Below, piece after piece: positions 55,146-64,000 of a stretch of 64,000 nt of DNA. The translations under genes were made by a program, and so were the position numbers. The notes below the pieces were generated by a model, which saw only the letters and a program-made list of their open reading frames with translations, had not been told where the DNA came from and did no database searches. Source of the DNA: Eledone cirrhosa (taxonomy: Eukaryota). The stretch lies in contig OZ024742.1 in the NCBI GenBank assembly GCA_964016885.1, positions 92,752,001 through 92,816,000 of the forward strand, given 5' to 3'. Position 1 is the stretch's first letter. Every line of letters starts with the position of its first letter.

Positions 55146-57070
55146 TCATCATCATCATCATCATCATCATCGTTTAACGTCTATCTTCCACACTAGCATG
55201 GGTTTAGACGGGAATTATCCCACTTGAGGCAAGATTGGTCGTCTCGCTCGTATAGGATTGTCTGGCAGGTTTTCTACAGCTGGATGCCCTTCCTAACACC
55301 AACCACATTTACAGTGTGGACTGGGAGGTTTTTACCGTGTTACCTACACGGCCACATTACAGCGTGGACTGTGTGTTTTTTTGTTGTGACACCTACACGA
55401 CCTCATTTATTTAGGACTGGATGTTGTGGTACCAACATAACTTTACAGAGAAAGCAGTGGTGTTGATGGGGGTGGGGGTGGAGTTGAGGTAGTGGGATGG
55501 GGGTGTATATTTGATTAAGAGGTACCTACTGACTGTAGGTTTCGCTTTGTATTTAGGCAAGGCAGGTCGTCTGTATTACTGCGTAGCGCCAAAGATCTCG
55601 GTCCAGTGACATTGTCTTTTATCAAGTCGTCCCAGGTTTTTCTGGGTCTGCCTACTCTGTAACTTCCATCAATTTTGATCGCCCTGCACTTTTTTATACA
55701 GCTGTCATCTTTCATGCGCCTCACGTGACCATACCAACGTAGTCTTCTCTCGAGTAAACAGCATCTGATCCCTCTTATTCCTAATTTCTCACTTAGTTCA
55801 TTTATGATTTGCTGTTCACGTATATTACTATTACACATCCAACAGAGCATGCATGCTTCGTTCCTCTCCAGTCTGCGCAGATCCTCTGCACACACTGTCC
55901 ATGTCTCACTGCCATGTAACATTGCTGTTCGTATGCAGGCATCATGCAGTCTGCCTTTCATTTTTAGAGAGAAACCTTTAGCGGCCAATAGTGGTATAAG
56001 CTCTCTGAACTTTTTCCATCCCGTTCTGACTCTGGCTACTGTACTTTCAGAGCACCCTCCACCACTGCTGATTTTGTCACCCAGGTAATGGAAGGTGTCT
56101 ACTATTTCTATAGAGCCATCTGGGCAATAGAAGGAGCTAGTATCCTGTGGGCACTTGCTACTTATTGCACCTGAGCACCGGCCACATATAAAATCTACGT
56201 TCTTAGATAGCTTACCTGTGATCCCACTATATCTCTTATGCACCCATACTTTGCATTTGGGACATAAAATGGAATTTCTGCCTACTCCTTTCCTACACAC
56301 TGAGCATGGCCATTTCCCAGAGGGGACCTGTGCCCTATTTTCCTTCCTACACACTAGAACTCTAGTATTATACAAGTTAACTTTAAGGCCTTTTGATTCT
56401 AGGCCATGCTTCCATGTTTGGAATTTCTTCTCTAGGTCAGCCATCGATTCAGCTATGAGCGTTAGATCATCTGCATTTAGCAGTTCCCATGTGCAGCCAG
56501 TCTTGAACTCCTCCATTATAACCTGAAGGGAAATAATAAATAGGAGGGGGTTAATGACAGAGCCCTGATGACCTGGTCAATTCATTTAATGACTCTATAG
56601 TTTCCCCTACCTAGGGCATCTCCTTTATCCTTGTAGCAGTTAATGATTATGCTGCTACACCAGTCATTTAGTATGACCCTGTTCTATATGACTTGGCTTA
56701 TTATCCGGGTGACTATAGTGTGACCCACCATTCCAGATGCTTTCAGCATTTCAGCAACTATCTCCGAAGGCCCAGCTGCCTTGCCCGTCTTCATATCTTT
56801 GATTGCCTTACATATTATACTACCTTCAACTAGCACTGCTGGTCTCTCTATTGGATCGTTTGGGGCAGACCATCTTTTTACCATTTATTCTCCTCATTTA
56901 GTAGCCTCTCATAGTGACACTTCCAAGCTACCCTCTTATCAACATCAGTGATGGCAAGTACACCATTATCATTACGGACACACTTCTCCCCGACAATATC
57001 ACGGTTTTCCTTGACATATTGCCTAGCAATCCTGAACACCGCACGTTTTTGGTCCTTGCGTTGTAGAACA
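55146..57070 (-). mobile_element. RTE-clade LINE (same family as 13718-15652), internally deleted
   Basis: ORF 55515-56516 (ADDL, PHD, YLG, GSETW, RRLRWYGHV); GKAAGPSEI upstream; (GAT)n tail; RT core missing near 56575. Confidence 0.9.
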
Positions 57071-58399
57071 TGCTTAAACTTAATTTTTTAAAACCATGAT
57101 CACACTCCATTTGGCCTCCCATCAATGATATGGGCATAATGGATGCAAGGAAGGTTTTTATGCTTATTTTTAAAAAAAGTGCATCCAATGGGCCGGCAAA
57201 TATGGTAATCAATTTTAATGATCAGCTATTATTGTTTCAGAGCTAGAAAATCATGGATGACAGAAATTCAGAAAACATGTTAGATTCAACATATAGAAAT
57301 ACATTAGAAACATTGTTTCCCGAGGAGACTAGTATTTATATTGCTCTAACATACTGATCTACACAAGTGGATATTAATATGTGACTGCCAATGGGGCATA
57401 ACTTCCTGTGGGTTAAAAGGTGTCAATGTAGAAGAAAGACCCTCCTACCCACCTGAGAATGAATGCGTTTAATTGATCTTTTAATAAGTAATTAATTTTA
57501 AAATTACAAAGTTTTGGATTACATGTATTCAGAGATATTCAGAGATTCCCAGTAATAATGATTTCTGTCATTTTACCTTTCTCAAGCAAAAATACAATTT
57601 AATGATTAAATTTAAGAACTTGTAAATTATAGTGTAAAAACATTAAAATTTCAGAGCATAACTAATTTCCTGCAGGTTCTTATATGTTACCTGCTATGGT
57701 AAAATCAGCCTAATTTTATTATAAATTTCTCACAAATAGTGTCTTCAGAATTGTGATTATTTATGAAATATTTTAATGTACTATTTATAATTAACTATAT
57801 TATGCATTTTCATATTATTATACATAATTACATTATACATAATCAGTGGTTGAATAATTGGTATTGGTCAGTAAGGCAAGGCCAATTAATCTGTAATTGG
57901 CCAATTTGCTCATCGCTGCATACCTACATAAAATGATGATGAGGATTATGATAGTCAGAAGAAATTCCATTTGAATTATATATCCAGTCCATATTCCTTT
58001 CTGATTTTTTGACTCACTGTTTTTAACTGTGATCACAAACAGACTGTGTGTATATATATTGTAATTAGGTTTAATCTATACATATAAGTTGAGCCAACTC
58101 ATACAGCTTCATATGCAAATGAGGCTAATCAGCCCACCTACTCCGGTGAAAATTCTATATATTCTCATCTGTTCTCAAGCTGTAGCACAGAGCCACTGTC
58201 CTGATAAGAGCTATCAGCTCGAAATATGTATAGGCAGTTATCCCTTGCTGCTTCTGCAGGAATCTCTTGGCCGTCAGCCTTTCAATATTCATAGCTGGGC
58301 TTTCAAAAGGTTTATTTATTAAACATACCATATATCTTTAGATATACAAAATTCACATACATATATGTATACAGCTATGTTGAACCTAAATTTTAATCT

Positions 58400-58520
58400 T
58401 TATATGGCCTTATCACACTGAAAACATCAGTTCTCATCTGATCACTGAAGTTAAGCAGCATTGAGCCTAGTTAGTACTTAGATGGGTGACTGCTTGGAAA
58501 CCTAGGTGCAGTAAGCATTT
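58400..58520 (+). pseudogene. 5S rRNA pseudogene / 5S-derived head
   Basis: tggcc..ac..tgaaaaca..gttctc.tc.gatcac.gaagttaagc....gagcc..gttagtactt.gatgggtgac.gc.tgg.aa...ggtgc.gtaagc follows the metazoan 5S consensus, with CpG sites mutated to TpG/CpA. Confidence 0.85.
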
Positions 58521-58738
58521 CCTTTGTTCTACATATACCAGCGTGGAAATGGATGTTAAACAATGATGATGAATATATATATATATATATATATAGTGAG
58601 AGAGAGGTATGTAAAATCCCAGATATCTTTATGCCCACTCTACATCTCCGCATGTATCGAGTACTCACATGATTAGTGGTCTCCTCAGTCCCAGCACTGC
58701 AATCTCCTCCCCCCCTCTCTCTCTCTATATATATATAT

Positions 58739-59391
58739 GGAGGCACATGGCTTAGTGGTTAGAGCATTGGCTTTGCAATCGAAAGGTTGTGAGTTCAATT
58801 CTCAGACCAGGTGATGTGTTGTTTCCTTGAGCAAGACACTTTATTTCACATTGCTCCAGTTTACTCAGCTGTAGAAATGAGATGATAGGGACTGCGGTCC
58901 CTATCATTCCACTGTAAAGTGATCGTGGAGGTGCCACGGCAAAAAAGCACCCAGCACTCACTGTAAAATGAGGTTGGTGTTAGGAAGGGCATCCAGCTGT
59001 AGAAATCAAGCCAGAATCAGTTCCCGTCCCACCCTTGCAAGCAGAGAAAAGTGAACGTAAAATGAAATGAATGAATGAAAAATGAAAAAAATATATATAT
59101 ATATATCAGACCGGGTGATCTGTTGTTTCCTTGAGCAAGACACTTTATTTCACATTGCTCCAGTTTACTCAGCTGTAGAAATGAGATGATAGGGACTGGG
59201 GTCCATATCATTCCACTGCAAAGTGGTCGTGGAGGTGCCACGACAAAAAAGCACCCAGCACTCACTGTAAATGAGGTTGGTGTTAGGAGGGGCATCAAGC
59301 TGTAGAAATCAAGCCAGAATCAGTTCCCGTCCCACCCTTGCAAGCAGGGAAAAAGCAGACGTAAATTGAAATGATGATGATGATGATGATC
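58739..59391 (+). mobile_element. tRNA/CORE-like SINE with RTE-derived tail plus a tandem head-less second copy (59106-59391)
   Basis: tggcttagtggttagagc A-box, gagttcaattc B-box; ggttggtgttaggaagggcatcc..ctgtagaaa shared with the RTE 3' UTR (15500-15535); (GAT)n tail. Confidence 0.85.
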
Positions 59392-59419
59392 ATATATATA
59401 TATATATATATATAAACAT

Positions 59420-60312
59420 TCCTACCTGTGTCCTTAGCAGATTCCAGGCTATAACAGACAAGTTTCAGACCTGCTGGACAGGGGAACTTCTTTATGCTGA
59501 TGAACTGATTCTTAAAGGTGAATCTGTGGAAGAGTTAGAGAAGAGGTTCCTACTGAATTACAGAACTTTGAATCAAAAGTGCTCAGAGTAAACCTAGCAA
59601 AAATCAAAGTTTTAGTAAGAAGGTAAAAGGACAAGATTCTGATTTGATTTTATCAGGGTAATGGTCATGTTCGAGATATAAAGAAGGAGTAGGTAGGAAT
59701 GCTATATGATGTAAACAATGTGAATTATGGGTGCATAAGATGTAGTGGGATAGCAGCCAGACTAACAGAAAAGGGTCAATTTTTTAATATGTACAGGGAT
59801 AGTTGGTAATAAAAGCAATAGTGAAATAAACTTTAACAAGTTGATAGGTTTTGTTACTGTGGTGGCCTAATTAGCATTGGAGAAGGTTGCCCAGAGAATA
59901 TAGAAGCTAGGAGAACAGCATGTAAAAACAAGATGTTTCTCCCTGCAAAGAAAAATCTGGTTGTATGATACTGGTGTGTTGACAAGATACTTTATGGTTG
60001 TGAGATGTAGTGTGCAAGAAAGATGACTGCATTGGTATGGACATGTGATTCATATGGATGATGATCATTGGGTGAAGTACCAAGACATTTTCATGGAAGG
60101 AAGAACTTGACAGAAGTGGTGAGAACTTTTCTGAAATCACTCAACCTCACAGAAGAAATGATGAAAAAATGTCCATATGGAGGGAAGTTGCACTGGAAAA
60201 GACCTATCCAATGAATGCAAGTATGATGATAATGATATATATATCTGACAGTTTGCAATACAGTTCCTGTCTACATGATAGACGTTAAACGATGATGATG
60301 ATGATGATGATG
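59420..60312 (+). mobile_element. Highly degenerate RTE 3' fragment
   Basis: ELLYAD-like gaacttctttatgctgatga, PHD remnant, acgttaaac(gat)n tail. Confidence 0.7.
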
Positions 60313-60955
60313 TCTACCAAATTTAACTCAGATGTTATTAGTCAACTCAAGGCTATAGAAGACATTTGCCCAAAGTGCCATGTTGTAGGATTGAACCAGA
60401 AATCCATGTGTTTCCAAAGTGAATCCCTTAACCACACAACCATGCCTGCACCTGTAGACACTTTTCAATTATCACATAAGTTACACAATATATATATATA
60501 TTTATCTGTGAACTAAACTAATATAAAACTATAATAGGCAATAATTAGAATATAAAAAACGAAATAAGAATTGATTTGTTTGAGAAAAGTATCAATAATA
60601 TTATTTCAATTCCATAGAATTCTCAGTCGAAAAGATAAACCACTCTTTTATATTTTATCACAGAAATTCTCATCTTCTTGAGGATTTCTCAATGTTTTCT
60701 AAAACTCAGTGAAAAGATAAAACTGTTTTTCTATTACTTGTGTAAACACCCGGAATTGATTGGAAGAAACTGAATTCAATGCAAATGTGTTATTATTGTT
60801 ATAAGTATGTGTTTGTGTGTGTGCATTTAAATACACACACACACACACACACATACACACAAATATGTATATATGTATGTATGTGTGTGTGTGAATATTT
60901 GTGTGCCATCATGAGACCATGGGCATCTCCTGCTCAGACTTAGTTTCGTTAATAA

Positions 60956-61028
60956 ACAGGGTGTCCCCCAAAATGTATACACACTTCAACAGTATTCTAA
61001 TAGATGTGTGTATAGATTTTGGGGGGAT
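60956..61028. mobile_element. Short Tc1-like MITE remnant
   Basis: cagggtgtcccccaaaatgtatacacac / gtgtgtatagattttgggggga inverted repeat. Confidence 0.45.
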
Positions 61029-61096
61029 TTAATCGCCTTTCCCCTCCCCCTAAATTGCTGGCCTTGCGCCTATAGTAGAAATCATTATTATTATAA

Positions 61097-61517
61097 AGGG
61101 CAGTGGATAGGCAGTATAGGTAGAGCATTGGACAACATGCTTTGCAGCATGGAGTTATGGCCCTTTATGTTCTGACATCAAATCCCACAGAAGTTAGTTT
61201 TGTCTTTTATCCTTACAGGGTTGATAAAATAAAGTACCACTAATGTACTGGGGTTGATTTAATTGACTTTACTTTCCTCCAAAATTGTTGGCTTTGTGCC
61301 TAAACCAGAAACGATTATTATTATTATTATGGGAGGTGATTTGGCAGTATAGGTGAGGAAGGAACGCCATGCCTTGCAGCATAGAGTTATAGCCCTTTAT
61401 GATCTGATTTCAAATACCGCCGAGGTTAACTTTGCCTTTCATCCTTACGGGGTCGATAAAATAAAGTACCAGTAATGCACTGAGATAATTGCTGGCCTTG
61501 TGCCTAAAGTAGAAACA
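61097..61517 (+). mobile_element. Two tandem family A SINEs (61097-61313, 61331-61517)
   Basis: Similarity to other copies; (TTA) tails. Confidence 0.8.
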
Positions 61518-61619
61518 ATTATTATTTGAAACTTTCTTTGAATTCTGATTCTTTCCCAAATTATGCCAAGTGTCAACCTGACACCTTAGACAATATTTGG
61601 TAATACACACATTTAACAA

Positions 61620-62566
61620 TCAATTGTCATACAAATGATGCCACAAAGGTGCAAACAACAGAAAAATGTCTTTGCAAGATTTTTAAATTGATAACATCCT
61701 TCTCAGGACATGGACAGTGAAAGTCAACACTATGTTCTGTATCTCTTGCAGAGATGGCTTTTCATGTATCTGGTCTAAATATTGTTCAGTTCCATTTTTT
61801 ATCATTGCAAGTGCGCTGACTATCACTGGTATTGTATACACCTTAAGATGCCACATTTTCTCAATTTCAATTGATAGATCTTTATATTTACTGATCTTAC
61901 GGAACTTTTTCAATGAGATGTTATGATCTGATGCAATGCTCATGTCAATTAAGAAGTGTCTTTTCTCTTTATGGTTCTTCACAATTATATTAGGTCTGTT
62001 AGCCTTGATTGTTCTGTCAGTTTTCACAGGGAAATCCCATAGAATTGTCACATTCTCGCCTCCTGTTATTGCATCTGGGTGATGGTTGTGCCATTTTTCC
62101 TTCCGTTTTCAGTCCATAAAACCTGCATATTATTCAGTGTAAATATTGCCCCATTCTATCATGTCTTGTTTTATATTCCTGAGGAGCTAAGACTTTGCAG
62201 CCTGAAACAAGGTGGTCAATGGTTTCAACATGCTCATTACAAAACCATCACTTTGGGTTAATTTTATTTATGATCACATTTTGGCTTGAAAGTTGCATGT
62301 TGAAAAACACTGATCTTGTGCAGCCAAGAAGAAGCCCTCACTCTCTGCCTTTAGCCCAGAACCCCACAGCCACTAATGGGTGAGAGTTTGATCCACATCA
62401 GGTTTCTGCTACAGAGAGTATATTGCCCATGTAAGGATTTTTGTTCCCATTTAGTGCACAGTCTCTGTTAACCTTCATTTTGCCAACATTTTGATGTTCT
62501 TTGCAGGATCGCCATCATTTTAAAAGTATATTCCAAACCCATGCTAGCGTGGAAGATGGACGTTAA

Positions 62567-62613
<47 letters not shown>

Positions 62614-64000
62614 ATTCCCAATTTTTCCACAAACTTCCTACTTTCTTTACTGACTGAAAGTAACCTCTTCTTCATTTTGTGATCTGCAACCATTTTCATC
62701 AACCAGTTATCTGCAGTTTTAAAGTACTGATCAAGTCCAATAATTGAAATTTTGCAAGACAGCTCAAGCTGGATCCTTCATTTTGTCTAGGGAGATAGAG
62801 GCGATCCACATCTGCTTTTGGATGATGTATTTTTATTTTATTACAGATCAGAAGTTTTTTGATTTTAGTATCCATTTTCTTTATTTCATTAATATTCCAA
62901 TTTGTGATATTGAAACTATAGGTGACAACTGGGATTGCAAGCACATTTATGGCAAATAGTTTATTCCTTGATTTAAGCTTAGTTTTCAAGACAGCACATA
63001 CTCTCCAGTAGCATTTCTTCCTGATTCTCTCTTTTATGTTGGTGTGGTGAATACCTTGGCCTTCATTAATCCCTAGATATCTGCAGGCTTATTCTTGTTC
63101 TATTTTCCTAATTGTTGTATTCACATCTATTTCCTCTGAGTTTGTGCTTGTCATTCTGCCTTTCTTGAATGTTGCTTTAGGACATTTTTCCAATCCAAAC
63201 TCCATCATGCATAATTGCTAGACCTCTTAACTGTCTTCAATATTCCTTCCAATTCACTTTCATTTTTGGCATACAATTTCAAGTCATCCATATAAAGGAG
63301 GTGATTTATGTTTTGCTATCTATTTTGAGCGCTAAAGACAGCAGTGTGAGTGCAATGCAAAATATCAGAGGAGAAAATGAATCACCTTGAAAAATACTAC
63401 AGTTAATACTTATGCTGCTGGAATTTATAGTTCCATCACTGTGTGACAGTGATAGATTTGTATTCCATTCAGACATGTTGAATTTCAGGAAGTTTGATAT
63501 TACTGGGGAAATTTTCAGAACATTTAAAGGTTTCAAAATCCACGAGTGGGGAACAATAAAAGGCTTTTTTTTATAGTGAATCCAATCAGTACCCAAACGT
63601 CTGTGCTTGTTATTCCAGTTTTCCAGAATCATATAGTTGATGCAAAGTTGGTCTTTGCACTTATAAGATCCATGGCAACAATATTTCTGCTCAATAGGAA
63701 AAAGATGATTTTCATCCATAAATTTGTAGGTTGTCACAGTCAAGATTGAGGTGAGAATTTTGTATGATGTGGGAAGTCAAATTATAGGACAATGATTATT
63801 TAGAATATTTGTTTCTATTGATTTTGGCCAGAGATATGTTATGCTTTGTGCAAACCAATCAGGAGTTTTCTCAGGATTTTATATTATTTCATTCTAAAAT
63901 GTTACCAACATATCATGGGTAGGAGTTAAAGAAGATAACAAGAAGTTTGGCACTTCATCAATGCCAGGAGATTTCCATTTGTTGGTGTTCTTCTTCCATT
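61620..64000 (-). mobile_element. R4/Dong-like RLE LINE, degenerate, continues past the window
   Basis: EQK.C..GS..CKDQL, VPHSWI, IFQGDS.SPL.F, NHLLYMDDLKLYAK, RLYLPR, ILWDF..TDRTI.ANRP.I..IDM..K..KY.DL..EI..MW..IPVIV.ALA. Confidence 0.85.
62535..62613 (+). mobile_element. Extremely 5'-truncated RTE/SINE tail insertion with (GAT)n
   Basis: aacccatgctagcgtggaagatggacgttaaa(tga)n; flanking atattcc duplication. Confidence 0.7.

Noticed and set aside
57235-57705. Candidate host exons (tttcag|AGCTAG..ATGGATGAC; ctgcag|GTTCTT..ATG|gtaaaa)
   Set aside because: Only splice-like signals with no recognisable protein homology; not supportable without RNA data.
58400-58520. Functional 5S rRNA gene
   Set aside because: Solitary, pervasive CpG transitions that disrupt helices, and no clean T-run terminator.
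58739-58812. tRNA gene
   Set aside because: tRNA-like head of a SINE with poor acceptor pairing, continuing into SINE body and tail.

Overview
Eukaryotic, AT-rich, repeat-dominated animal DNA. The SINE/LINE repertoire and huge (TA)n arrays resemble a cephalopod such as Octopus (inference). No host protein-coding gene can be supported. Bases 1-27 kb are a (TA)n/(TACA) mega-array with a 200-N gap, into which several Penelope-like elements (PLEs), a CR1-group fragment and an RTE LINE have inserted. The main signal is RNA-structural: seven type-I hammerhead ribozyme (HHR) motifs, read by eye, from about five PLE-related families. They include a non-coding 591-nt unit bounded by two HHRs (retrozyme-like), a near-intact Naiad-type PLE whose 3537-nt unit is bounded by two HHRs, and a compensatory U3-A8 core variant shared by those two families. 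Bases 27-64 kb are a nested TE graveyard: CRE-like RLE fragments, a non-autonomous CsRn1-like LTR element with PBS/PPT/TSD, piggyBac, CR1, old Gypsy pol, Tc1/mariner, hAT MITE, RTE copies with a PHD finger inside the RT, an R4/Dong-like LINE and many tRNA-SINEs. It also holds a 5S rRNA copy fused to an RTE-type tail and a fold-back SINE insertion. All long I/Y-rich ORFs are microsatellite artefacts.
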